Made by a program: the position numbers and the translations under genes. The notes under the pieces were generated by a model that saw nothing but the letters and a program-made list of their open reading frames with translations, made no database searches and was not told where the DNA came from. DNA of 64,000 nt from Octopus bimaculoides. Its lineage: Eukaryota. Positions 12,501-24,211 of this stretch are shown here, piece after piece. Within the stretch, counting starts at the first letter, position 1; every line of letters begins with the position of its first letter. Location of the stretch: NCBI RefSeq assembly GCF_001194135.2, contig NC_068983.1, positions 149,598,407-149,662,406 of the forward strand. The letters run 5' to 3'.

Positions 12501-15500
12501 ACTGAAAGAAGCCCGTCGTATATATGTATACATGTATGCATGTGTGTGTACATGTTTGCATGTCTGTGTTTGTCCCCCCCCCAACATCGCTTGACAACCG
12601 ATGCTGGTGTGTTTACGTCCCCGTAACTTAGCGGTTCGGCAAAAGAGACCGATAGAATAAGTACTAGGCTTCCAAAGAATAAGTCCTGGGGTCGATTTGC
12701 TCAACTAAAGGTGGTGCTCCAGCATGGCCACAGTCAAATGACTGAAGCAAGTAAAAGAGTAAAAGAGTAAAAAAAAAAAAAATGAATAAAACAACTTACC
12801 TTCCCTCATCACTAGATTCCTCAGCAATACTACTGACTGATGGCAGTGTAGAATTATTAGCAGCCAGTTCATTAGGAAAACTTTTGTTGGAGAGCCAGGA
12901 AAGATCTGAAGCTAAGGAATAGAACCAAACATTATAAAACATAAAATACACAAACAAAAACATACACTTAGGTGAAATTTTACCAACCAGCCAACCAAAA
13001 AATATTTTCACATGTTTTATATTTAATATATATATATTTAAATATAATAATGTATGAGAACATTTTATAAACAAACTTTATAAGCACCAATTGAGTTGGT
13101 ACTTGATAATAATTTATATTTAATTTACTAAACATATTTTTTCCAAGTATGGAAAAAAAATGTTAAGATAATGATGAGATAAGTGTGTTTTATGCTTATT
13201 AAGGTTATTATTCTAAATCAATTTTAACAATAACATAGGCGTAGATGTGGTTGCGTGGTAACTTACTTCCCAACCACATGGTTCTGAGTTCAGTCCCACT
13301 GTGTGGTATATTGGGCAAGTGTCTTCTACTACAGCCTCAGACTGACCAAAGCCTTGTGAGTGGATTTGATAGACGGAAACTGAAAGAAGCCCATTGTATA
13401 CACACACACACACACACATATATATTGAGTCATTCCATAAACAATGCAGTTTTTTCAACTGCATGCACTAAAAATTGAAGGGGGACAGGATAAACTACCT
13501 GCATCGATGTGACAGACCCATTAAGGGAATCATACTGCTGCTATTTAGACCTAGGAAGCTCGACCGCTTCCTGTTGGCCTTGACATATTTCCTGTGTCCT
13601 TATATTTATGAAGGGGAGACAAGCCATGATTGCTGAGGACATGCATAAGCTTGCAAGAAACGAATCCAGTATGCTCCGATGGATGTGTAATGTCAGTGTG
13701 CATACTCGACAGAGTGTAAGTACCTTGAGAGAAAAGTTGGACGTAAGAAGCATCAGTTGTGGTGTGCAAGAGAGACGATTGCGCTGGTATTGTCATGTTG
13801 CAAGAATGGATGAGGATAGCTGTGTGAAAAAGTGCCACACCCTAGCAGTTGAGGGAACCTGTGGAAGAGATAGACCCAGGAAGACCTGGGATGAGGTGGT
13901 GAAGCACGACCTTCGAACATTAGGTCTCACCGAGGCAATGACTAGTGACCGGGACCTTTGGAAATATGCAGTGCGTGAGAAGACCCANNNNNNNNNNNNN
14001 NNNNNNNNNNNNNNNNNNNNNNNNNNNNNNNNNNNNNNNNNNNNNNNNNNNNNNNNNNNNNNNNNNNNNNNNNNNNNNNNNNNNNNNNNNNNNNNNNNNN
14101 NNNNNNCCCAACAAGCCAAGTGAGATCATAATCTGTGGCCTCTGCCAGAAGTGTAGCCAGCTCACTTATTCGTATCTTTACTTCATTGGACACTAAACTC
14201 TGCTTGCGAAGACCTGTTGAGGCATGTGAAATCGAAATTGAACCAAATTCAACGACTGGCACCCATGCCAACCTCTCCTTCATTGAACACTAAACTCTGC
14301 TTGTGAAGACCTGTTGGAGCAAGTGAAAGCGAAATCGTAATTGAACCATATCCGATGACTTGCACCTGTGCCAGTTGAGCACTAACAGCACCATCCAAGC
14401 GTGATCATTGCCAGAGCAGCTGTCTGGCTTCCATGCCAGTGACATGTAAATAGCACAATTTGAGCGTGATCATTACCAGCGTCACTTTACTGGCACTTGT
14501 GCCAGTGACATGTAGAAAACATTCGAGCGAGGTTATTGCCAGTGCCGCTGGACTGGCTCCTGTGCAAATGGCATGTAAAAAACACCATTTTGAGCGTGGC
14601 TGTTGCCAGTACCGCCTTACTGGCCCTTGTGCCAGTGGCACGTAAAAGTACCCACTACACTCTCGGAGTGGTTGGCGTTAGGAAGGGCATGCAGCTGTAG
14701 AAACTCTGCCAGATCAGATTGGAACCTGGTGCAGTCATCCTATTCACCAGTCCTCAGTCAAATCATCTAACCCATGCTAGCATGGAAAGCGGACGTTAAA
14801 CAATGATGATGATATGTACATACTTACATATATATGTATATATACATGCATATATCGGTACAGGACATCAAAAAAAAAAAGAACGTAGATATAATGAGAA
14901 ACAAAAACATAGAAAATGAACTTTTTTTCGAACAATGAAAAAAAACAAACAGAGAAACGAGACAGGCAACATAAAGAACATTCATCTTCATCAGTTGTCC
15001 CCTGTTTTATCTACTCCGCGTTTTGAAGGAAAGGACAAGACACGACTTCGTTAATACAGTCCTTCCCGCAAAGCAAATTAAATAAAATTTGGGATTTTTT
15101 TGCGGAGGGTGAAAGTGATAACAAAAACAGGACAGTGAGAACAAGACAGGAAAAACATAAGGTGAGGGCTGTTAAGCCAAAACGATGTGAAGATTATGAA
15201 TGCTAGAATGACGAGTTTTGAGAAGAGACAGGTAAAAGCACGTCTTGTCTTTACGAAGGAAGAGGAAGAAAGAAATATAGATCGCCTTTCTTCATGTGTC
15301 AGCAACGAGAGTCAAGGAATAAGAGTGAGAGAGAGAGAGGGAATGGTGAGGAGGAGAGGAGGAGAAATGGGAACGGGAGGGAGAGAAAAACAGAAAGGAA
15401 GAACAAAAGAGGGAGATAGACAGAGAAGAGATAGAATAAGAGTGCACATTGTAATACATATATATATCTGTGTGTGTTTCAGTGCCTGTGTTTGACCACC

Positions 15501-18500
15501 ACTTGACAACCAGTGTGGGTGTGTCTACATCCCCATAACTTAGCAGTTTAGCAAAAGAGACCAATAGAATAAGTACCAGGTTTAAAAAAACAAAAGTCCT
15601 GGTGTCAATTTTTTTGACTGAAACTCTTGAAGGTCAAATCACTGAAACAAGTAAAAGACAGAAGATAATAACAACAGAACGTTTACTAACGAGGAAATTC
15701 AATACTAAAAGTAGAGACAAATTTTTCATAAAATTAGCTTTGACTGGGATATTAAATTTCACAANNNNNNNNNNNNNNNNNNNNNNNNNNNNNNNNNNNN
15801 NNNNNNNNNNNNNNNNNNNNNNNNNNNNNNNNNNNNNNNNNNNNNNNNNNNNNNNNNNNNNNNNNNNNNNNNNNNNNNNNNNNNNNNNNNNNNNNNNNNN
15901 NNNNNNNNNNNNNNNNNNNNNNNNNNNNNNNNNNNNNNNNNNNNNNNNNNNNNNNNNNNNNNNNNNNNNNNNNNNNNNNNNNNNNNNNNNNNNNNNNNNN
16001 NNNNNNNNNNNNNNNNNNNNNNNNNNNNNNNNNNNNNNNNNNNNNNNNNNNNNNNNNNNNNNNNNNNNNNNNNNNNNNNNNNNNNNNNNNNNNNNNNNNN
16101 NNNNNNNNNNNNNNNNNNNNNNNNNNNNNNNNNNNNNNNNNNNNNNNNNNNNNNNNNNNNNNNNNNNNNNNNNNNNNNNNNNNNNNNNNNNNNNNNNNNN
16201 NNNNNNNNNNNNNNNNNNNNNNNNNNNNNNNNNNNNNNNNNNNNNNNNNNNNNNNNNNNNNNNNNNNNNNNNNNNNNTGGACACAGAAACTTGGCTTGCG
16301 AAGACCTGTTGAGGCAAGCGAAAGCGAAATCGTGATGGCACTTGTGCCCTGGCACTTGTGCCGGTGGCACGTGTAAGGACATTCGAGCGAGATCATTGCC
16401 ATTGCCGCTGGACTGGCTCCCGTGCAGGTGGCACGTAAAAGACACCATTTTGAGCGTGGCCGTTGCCAGTACTGCCTGACTGGCCTTCGTGCCGGTGGCA
16501 TGTAAAAGCACCTACTACACTCTCGGAGTGGTTGGCGTTAGGAAGGGCATCCAGATGTAGAAACTCTGCCAGATCAGATTGGAACCTGGTGCAGTCATCC
16601 TGTTCACCAGTCCTCAGTCAAATCGTCCAACCCATGCCAGCATGGAAAGTGGACATTAAACGATGATGATGATGATGATGTATAAAACCAATTTTGTCGA
16701 ATATATTATAAGATACAAAATTCTGTTCTTTCCACACTTCTCTAATGCTTCATAACTGTTAGGATATGAAAATATATTGGTTAAGCCTGAGGATTAAGTT
16801 AACTAAGGAATTTTCTCCTCTGTTATTTTTATGCAAGAAAAAACAGTGGCTGATGTTAGGCCAATTCTGATCAAGTAGACCAATCAATGCATTCTAGCTG
16901 TGATCATCATATTTTCTTTTTTATTTAGGATGCAATGTAATCAGAACTACATTATTTAATGTATCTTCCCTTGTCTAAGATGGTAAGGTATACATTGAGG
17001 GAGATTTGGCAGCTATTTCCAGCAGGTTAAATGACCACATAGATGCCTTTTGATAACATTGATAATATTTAAAGTTGAGCAGATCTTTGACCAAAAATAT
17101 TTCAACCATGACTATCCTACCTTATTTTTAGATAGTATATCTGGAACTATAGTCTCCTACTTTTTCTAAAGATAGTTGAGCACTAAAAATACTCAGTCAA
17201 TAGGCTCCCTCAAAAGCTCAGGTGGATCATTAGAAGTAGTAGATAGCTTCTGTTACCTCGGAGACCAAGTTAGCAGTGGGGGAGGGAGTTCTGAAAGTGT
17301 AGCTGCTAGGATAAGAATGGGCTGGGTGAAATTCAGAGAGCTTCTACTCTTGTTGGTAACTAAGGGCCTCTCCCTCAGAGTGAAAGGCAGATTGTATGAT
17401 GCCTGTGTGTGTACAGCTATGTTACATGGCAATGAAACGAGGGCTTTGACTACAGAGGACTTGCAGAGGCTTGAAAGAAATAAAACCAGTATGCTCCACT
17501 GGCTGGGTAATATCAGTGAGCATGTAAGACAGAGTATAAATGATTTAAGAGGAAAACTGTGTATAAGAAGCATCAGATGTTGTATGCAAGAGAGGAGATT
17601 GTGTTGGTTAGGTCATGTGATGCGTATGGATGAGAACAGCTGCATAAAGAAATGCCAAGCTCTAATTGTCGAGGGTACCTTGGAAGGGGTAGACCTAGGA
17701 AGATGTGGGCCAAAGTAGGGAGACAGGGTCTTCAGATGCTGGGCCTCACTGAGGAAATGACAAGGGACCAGGAAATATGGCGATTTGCGGTAGTTGATAA
17801 GACATGTCACGCTAAGTAAAATCACTGACTTCCAAACACACAGGCTTGTCCTTTCAGGTGCCGGCGCCACTTAAAAAGTGCCTGGCCAGTGCTGCATTAA
17901 TGCACCAGTAGCATGTAGAAAGCACCCAGCACACTCTATTAAGTGGTTGGCATTAGGAAGGACATCCAGCCATAGAAACCATGCCTCAATAAACAGCTGG
18001 AGTCTGGACAGCTCCCTGCTAGCCGTCCAACTCATGCCAGCATGGAAAGTGGGCATTAAATGGTGATGATGATGAATGATTACAGGGGATCTATAGAGGA
18101 AGAAGGCATGTCAAAATGAAGCACACCACAATCATTGACTATGCAGACTAATGTAAATCAGAGAGTTAAGTAATCCATTATCATAGCATGGAATGCATTG
18201 ATGAAGGAAGTTCACTGTTGTTTGGTAATCCACAACTCTGGTGGTATGTGATGTGAAAACAAATAAAAGTAGATGAATGACTACTTTCTCTATTTGATTT
18301 ATCCTATTCTGTTTCTATTTAAGTATTTATACACTCTGATTTCTGGCAATGTGATTATGGCTGTCTATATATATATTAATTATTTCTTTTCCTTTTCCTT
18401 CCTCTTCTCTCCCTCTCTTCTGGAATTTTGCAGAGACTTTCACTAATCTGTGGCTTTCCTAAAGTTATTTTCCCTGAATTATAATTAGTTGGATCTCCAT

Positions 18501-19653
18501 TGATTAAAGCTAATATTCTATCAGTTCTGCAGTAACTAATCAGAGTACTTTAATCAAAATGAATTAAGAAAATGAATAAGTATGCTAGAATTTATTAACC
18601 ATGTCACTCCTAATGTACTAAACAATATAACACAGTAAATAGTTTTTTTTTAGAGAGCAATGCCAGCAGCTGCCTTAGAACTTGTTTTTTGATAGGGTCA
18701 AATGTCATGTTTGACACCTGTTATCAGCCGGTATACAAGCATGTTTTGCCAGTACCTACCTTTAAGAGTGAAATCACGAAGTTTAATGACATCTTTAGAA
18801 TCATTATCATCATCATCATTCAACGTCCGTTGTCTATGCTGGCATGGGTTAATTCCACCCACTTTACATTTCTTAAATGTTGGTAATTCTGACCAGAAAT
18901 TTCACTTATGATCTGTTGATTAATCAACATGTCACTGCTTGCTTGTTCACTTGGTAAGCCTGATGAGCTGGGAGTTGCATATCATATTACATAATATTAT
19001 GGATGTTGTGCGTACTGTATACTTGAGTGTACTACGTTTATGTCACAATAAAGACACTTAATGAAACAATTGTAACAGTACCAGATAACACATTTGTCTA
19101 TTTTTAGATATAAAACTTATGAGGGCACAGGCATAGCTCTGTGATAAGTTTGCTTCCCAACCACATGGTACCTCTACGTGGCACCTTAGGGAAATGTCTT
19201 CTGCTATAGCCCCAGGCTGGCCAAAGCATTGTGAGTGGATTTGGTAGACGGAAACTGAGAGAAGTCCATCATATATCAGTACAAAGCTCTTTACGTTTGT
19301 CCATGTTTGGTTTCAAAACCGTAAGGGCTGCCCTTAAAGTCTTTTTTTATTACGCCGAAGACATCGTCGATACTGGTACTCAAACACAAACTATTATTAT
19401 ATTCAAGGATCTGATAATTTCAATTAATAAAATCAAATAATCATTAATTTATTGTAAAATAAATTAAAGGATTCTAGGAAATAACGAAACCGGATTAAGT
19501 TTCTGCTACATCATTTTTGTAAAATATTATCGAAGTAATAATATATATATCAGCCATTGAGTATTTCAGTTAGAGGTGTGTCCTTTGCTTATAGGTAAAG
19601 TAAAAAAAAAATGAATGTACAATCTCCATGTTTCGATTTGTATGATCAAGGCA

Positions 19654-19710
<57 letters not shown>

Positions 19711-20618
19711 AATTCTCATTCGAAAATTATGTCTTGTGTTTCTGCGAATGCAAAAATCTATTCCTATTTTGATAAACAAACTTATGTTGACAAACAAACT
19801 TAAGTTAATATAAGTCACAAAATTTCAATAAACACATCTCTCGATTGATATCAGTGGGGTTCGATGCATGTATTTTGGAGGTGGACTGTATGTATGTAAT
19901 CAATAGCTTAGAGAAATATCTCTATTACACCTTAATGCCGAAGAGAAAATATCTTAATCGGTGAAGTACATAGATAAAAATATATAAATAAAACAGAGCT
20001 GTGGCAATTCACCCAATCAATGAAATAGAATTAAATAATAAAAATATGAGGCGAATGAAAACGAATTATTTTACATTTTAAATGCAGAAATTCAAAAGTA
20101 TGTCAACAAACGAACATCACACCTGACTGAAGATGGAACCTAATTTACAACTCACATTACGTGACATTAAAATACACAAAAAGCTATCTTTTTCCTTCTA
20201 ATGTCATCAATTAGTAATAAGATTAGATTGGATAACTTGTCCAGTCGGGGTGTGTAGATTTGTAAACAATTAGTTTTCAATTCTCGTAGTTAAAGAACAG
20301 GATATACTAACAAGAAATAAAAATATATAAGTTGGTGCATTAAAAAAATCTAAACTAAAGAAATAAACAGATAGCATCAACAGTCAACTTACACTTTCCA
20401 TGACTTGCTTCAAGTGCAATGTCAGATTGAACAGAATAAGCTGGGAACAAGCCGGGTGCTGGAGAGGGATTTTGATCTGTAGTAGTCGGTTTTGTAGTAG
20501 TCTTACTGGAGTCTGTTTCAGTAGATGGCATCTGGTAGCCCTGGGAACTTCCCTGACAAGCTACAGGAACGGTAGAAGCTGAGGTATTGAAAGTGTTCGC
20601 TGTTCCATCGTCAGCCAT
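1240..20618 (-). CDS. NRDE2: NRDE2 (nuclear RNAi-defective 2 / nuclear exosome regulator) homolog, spliced gene, 3'-partial
   Basis: Coding exons 20618-20393, 12911-12800, 10525-10365, 8757-8619, 7671-6689, 4165-3911, 3252-2801 and 1990-1240. All junctions are GT-AG, and phases 1,2,1,2,1,1,0 chain into one open frame of 3079 nt. Motifs match human NRDE2 as recalled: LFPAY, LSWLSNKSF, a K/H-rich tract, FRIDCKADTNIWTYGSLY, VSLWLEFVSFQE, LEKKVAILDKAIE, FWDSGVARFGEPGAEGW, HWLPWRP, LVLFDDI, LWNAFARLEWELG. The C-terminal part lies left of base 1. Confidence 0.95.
2801..3252 (-). CDS. NRDE2: NRDE2 coding exon 7
   Basis: WQTWLNIEQLRESVHWLPWRP...LVLFDDI; donor GTAGGT, phases 1 to 0. Confidence 0.95.
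3911..4165 (-). CDS. NRDE2: NRDE2 coding exon 6
   Basis: DIFVQYCCFMLQTGFTEKMVASLQAMLEFNLF...FWDSG; acceptor ttttcAG, donor GTTGTT, phases 1 to 1. Confidence 0.93.
6428..6512. repeat. (GA)n microsatellite
   Basis: Direct reading. Confidence 0.97.
6689..7671 (-). CDS. NRDE2: NRDE2 coding exon 5
   Basis: 983 nt open frame that extends ORF 6675..7388 upstream; acceptor ctttctAG, donor GTAAGT. Confidence 0.95.
8619..8757 (-). CDS. NRDE2: NRDE2 coding exon 4 (K/H-rich, NLS-like)
   Basis: Absent from the ORF track. Translates DGDSKKNSSHRNTENSHSLKRKHKSKKHKHSKKYKKLKYGKADKYG, donor GTAAGT, phases 1 to 2. Confidence 0.88.
10365..10525 (-). CDS. NRDE2: NRDE2 coding exon 3 (acidic)
   Basis: CAGCAG acceptor, D/E-rich frame, donor GTATAA, phases 2 to 1. 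Confidence 0.8.
10950..11385 (+). mobile_element. RTE 3' tail with an internal minisatellite of about 46 bp units
   Basis: Five to six degenerate units (TGCCATGTAAGTGACACCTGTGAATTGTAGTCATGGTCATTGCCAG) run into the standard tail. Confidence 0.75.
12366..12770 (+). mobile_element. Full-length tRNA-derived SINE, family A (about 400 bp; resembles octopus OK-type SINE as recalled)
   Basis: Pol III A/B-box-like head (GGCTGTGTGGTAAG...GGTTCAGTCCC), central (TG/TA)n, tail GTAAAAGAGTAAAAGAGT-An. Partial copies at about 13228-13420, 15470-15660, 19125-19275, 32055-32245 and 45480-45620 (+), and 31545-31770, 42240-42375 and 59330-59468 (-). Confidence 0.88.
12800..12911 (-). CDS. NRDE2: NRDE2 coding exon 2
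   Basis: Acceptor ttccttAG, SDLSWLSNKSF (human ELDWLSNPSF), donor GTAAGT, phases 1 to 2. Confidence 0.92.
13608..14795 (+). mobile_element. RTE-clade LINE, 5'-truncated (end of ORF plus long 3' UTR, spans a gap)
   Basis: MLRWMCNV...QERRLRWYCHVARM...GRDRPRKTW, then the shared 3' UTR ending GCATGGAAAGCGGACGTTAAAC(GAT)n. Confidence 0.93.
16278..16680 (+). mobile_element. RTE 3' UTR copy
   Basis: Near-identical to 14420-14795; (GAT)n tail. Confidence 0.9.
17176..18075 (+). mobile_element. RTE LINE, 5'-truncated, decayed
   Basis: LEVVDSFCYLGDQVSSGGG...KGRLYDACV...RRLCWLGHVMRM, plus 3' UTR tail. Confidence 0.92.
19656..19710. repeat. Compound (CT)n(CA)n microsatellite
   Basis: Direct reading. 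Confidence 0.97.
20393..20618 (-). CDS. NRDE2: NRDE2 coding exon 1
   Basis: ATG at 20618, MADDG...PGLFPAYSV...HGK, donor GTAAGT at 20392, phase 1. Confidence 0.85.
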
Positions 20619-21937
20619 ATTTCACCTTCCTAAACCATTCACTGGCTACTTAGCAAGGGGAGCTCACTCTTTTCAGCATCACTGAGTTTAAACATTCCAC
20701 TCTTACCTTCTTTCTCGTTCTCCTTCTCTTCTCAATTAGTTTTTTAAAGATCTGTTTCTGTCATTCTTCCCGTAACTATGATCACATTTTGCTGCACGCT
20801 TTTCCGTTATATAAAGCATTAACACACAAATAAATAAATAAAACAAAAAATAGATAGACGTTTTTATTTACATGAACGTAAAATACGAAAACATAAATAC
20901 AGCAATAACAAAGTAAAAAGTATGAATATAACACTTTAAAAAATGTTTAAGCAATTAGCGACTTTATGGTAATTGTGTAAGGTCATCAAAGTTTAAAACT
21001 TTGGTCGTCTGCTACAACTGAATACCGTAGTTCACCTACGTTGTCCAGGGATCACACTGTATAAGTGCTTTTGATATTGTTCTGCTTGATATTTTAAATG
21101 GCCCTGGATATGTGCAAACATGCAAAGTACTGCGATCTTAATGTAAAAAAAAAAAAAATGATGCCACGAACCGGGTAGATGGATATAGGGCGTAGACGAA
21201 AACCGGATATGTTTACATATTAGTTAAATATAACAGAAATTGAGCGCCAGACAACTAATTAGAGTCTCATCAATTTCGCGTCTTTTTCAAAGATTTGTGA
21301 CAATTACTGACTTACTTGCCTGTTGCGAGTCATTGAATAACCTATACAAATATCGAACAAAGTTGAACTATCGACACAATTTTTCTAATTCTGATAAATA
21401 AAAAAATAATCCCAAACATTTTAATGGCGGAGGTAGGAGTCGATTTTAACCACGTAATGACTGGAACATATTTTATTAACCATGGTAGGTTGAAAGGTAA
21501 AGTCGACTTCGGTGGTATTTAAAGATAAACTAGCTGTAAAGGGATATATTTAAATATCATTGCGAAGTATTTAATCTAGCACTCTTACTATTTCTGCCAT
21601 TTCATATGCCTTTACCATTACAAATAATGGCTGCAAATTTTGGCACAAGGCCAGCAATTTCGGGGAAGGGAATAGGTTCATTACATTGACCTCAGTGTTC
21701 AACTGGTACTTATTTCATCGGCCCCGAAAAATATGAAAGGTAAAGTCGAGCTCGGCGGTATTTGAACTCAGAATATAAAGTCAGAAGAAATGCTACTAAG
21801 CAATTTATTCGGCGCGATAAAGTTTCTGCCAGCTCGCCGCCTTTATGCTGTAGCAATGATTCGAGACTGGAACGCTAGTTAGCCGGTCAGACATCACGAT
21901 TAAACCTCAATAGTTTCATGTGATCGGGCTATTAAGT

Positions 21938-22080
21938 AACCAATCAGCGTCAAGCCATCGCATAATTCAACCTTCTGGAATCTTCTCCTTGTGCCCTATA
22001 GAAAAGCGGTTTTGGGTGGTTATTGGAGAATGTTGAGGCAGCCACGCGTTGTCTCTATTCTCACCACATCCAGCCAATTA
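21938..22080. promoter_or_regulatory. CCAAT-box cluster, candidate promoter
   Basis: CCAAT at 21940 and 22074, and reverse ATTGG at 22022, in CpG-rich non-repetitive DNA 1.3 kb upstream of the NRDE2 ATG. Confidence 0.35.
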
Positions 22081-23033
22081 GAAAGATAGCCGATAGTAGA
22101 CAGGCATTTTCGTCGCCACGAATATAGTGTAATTATTTTCCAGTTGAGATGAGTCGTCTGCAGATAGCTATATCAGTAAGCTTGTCGTAAACTCCAAGCA
22201 GTATGTCACTCTCAGTATGTAATCATAGCTGTTATTAATTGTAAAAGACTACTGCAATTAAAACATTATGTGCAATAATAAAATGTTAATTGTTCGTGGT
22301 GCTGTCAGTTACATCTTTACATAGCCCGATAAATACGTTTTCATTCAGCATATAGGAAAGTGGGTTATACATCATTAGATGTACACCTGACTTTCCTATA
22401 TTAAATTAAGAATTGAACGGAACACTGAACTCCAGACTATCAACACAAACAACATTTATTCAAGGTGGAAAATATACATCTTTAATCTTGTTTGTTGAGA
22501 CGTCTTCGGTGTGTGAGAAACATGGTTGTTGGGACGTTGGTATATTGATGTGAGCTGTCTAGCGTGAGTTCGAAAGATGGAGAGACAACTAGACACGTCC
22601 TTGCTCAATCGCTGGCCAGCAAGAAAAATCGAATGAAGCGGGAAAGCTTGGTTGTTGAATTCCACGGCGTTACTACAAGCAATTCAAATCATCACCTCAG
22701 ATCAACCGACAGCAAAAGACAATATACTATAACTCACGATCTTCAACACGAGCGACATTTGGTGGTATTCGACTCAGAAATAGCCAGCAAAAGCCATTAA
22801 AATAAACCCGACTCAATTTAGTGCTTGAATATCAACTCACCACGACTACCACTACGACAAGAAGAAAAGATCAAATGGCGCAAAAGTCGCAACACATACA
22901 ATTCTTACCACTGCAACCCCTTCCTCTGCAGGCTATGGCGTCGAGAACACTGTTAGCTTTGGCCACTGGTCCTCAACTGGGTCCATATGTGATTTTGTTA
23001 AAATTTATGGGCAAGTAATTGCTTATAATTCTA

Positions 23034-24211
23034 CAGGGTGGGGCAGAGAGGACGGACGTTTTTGAAAAATTCACAAAATCGTTAATTTTAGCTGCAAACA
23101 AATTTTATTGACAGCAATGTGTTTGTATTGAATTAGAATTTGTCAAAATCAAGTGTGGAAAACAACATCCATCATAGAGTGTCCGTTTTCAATGATGCAT
23201 TTCTGAAAGCGTTCTTTGAAGTTGACCTCCCCCCCCCCACTCTCTCCAGCATTGCTCTGTCGATTTGGGCGACTTCCACGCAAATAGCTTTCTTAAAATC
23301 GTCCATTGTAGTGGGCTTATGCGGTTCACACACACGTGCCTTGAGGTTTCCCCACAAGAAATAATCATACATGCAAAAATCAGGGAACCGGGATGGGGGT
23401 CTGCAAACCTGGAAATGAGGCGGTCACCGAAGAAAAGGCGAAGAACGTCTATTGATGCTCTGGCTGCGTGGGCCGTCGCCCCATCCTGCAGAAACCACAC
23501 ACGTCGAATAGGCATATGTTTTCGTCGTAATTCAGACATAAAGAAGTTGTTTATCATCTCAATGTAATGCTCGGATCTCACAGTAACAGTATTTCCATTA
23601 TTGTCTTCAAAAAAGTAAGGACCAGTGACAACAGCTTTTCCAACAGCACACCAGACCATCAGTTTTGGATTGAGGTTGTCATTTGCCTCAAAAATTGCTT
23701 CCATCTGACGTGCAAAGTTAAGTCACTGTGCATAGTCCCATGGTTTCAACTGTTTCTTCATGCAAAATATGTCTTACCGATCGATTACCGATGCCAAGTT
23801 CAGTTGAATGCCTCCGAACAGAACGATTCGGACTCCGTATCAAAGCTTGTCTGATGCGTTCCGCATTTTCCGGGGTTCGTACCGTTCGTGGCCCCCTTAC
23901 CGGCCTCCTATTCATTAATGTACCTCGTGTACGAAGTGCATTCATCCAACATAAGATTGTGTTACGAGTGGGAACAGCCTGATTTCGGTGCATGTTGAAG
24001 AGGTGCCGAAACTCACGCTGAACTGCTGTGACAGACACGTTATTCTTCACGTAACTGTCGTAGGCAAGCACGCGATGCTCTATCGTCCACAGCGCCATGG
24101 TTTCATCTGAAAAGAGAAAAAAATGCCAGAACAGAATGGTGCCTGGCGGACATATGTCCTTCTCCTTGAGAGGGACATTTCAAAAACGTCCGCCCTTTCT
24201 GCCCCATCCTG
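23034..24211 (-). mobile_element. Tc1/mariner element (DD41D/rosa-like), 1178 bp, inactive, both TIRs and TA target duplication present
   Basis: TA|CAGGGTGGGGCAGAGAGGACGGACGTTTTTGAAA matches the reverse complement of the right end, which is followed by TA at 24212. Minus-strand transposase pieces: 24098-23718 (HTH), 23704-23189 (VWCAV...GPYFFE...FLQDGATAH) and DYFLWG. Frameshifts and a deletion are present. Confidence 0.92.

Noticed and set aside
14960-15010. CTGATGA on the minus strand as a possible hammerhead ribozyme (also checked 18960, 53053 and 54354)
   Set aside because: No stem II followed by GAAA with compatible stems I and III.
15187-15564. R/E/G-rich and S/L/F-rich ORFs
   Set aside because: Translation of GA-rich low-complexity repeat sequence.
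15602-16511. Long ORFs containing X runs (also about 26.4-27.2 kb, 34.4-35.4 kb and 59.4-59.7 kb)
   Set aside because: Artefacts of N-gaps, which contain no stop codons.
22445-23020. Possible LINE endonuclease relic (an ETWL motif)
   Set aside because: One short motif amid many stops is too weak to call.
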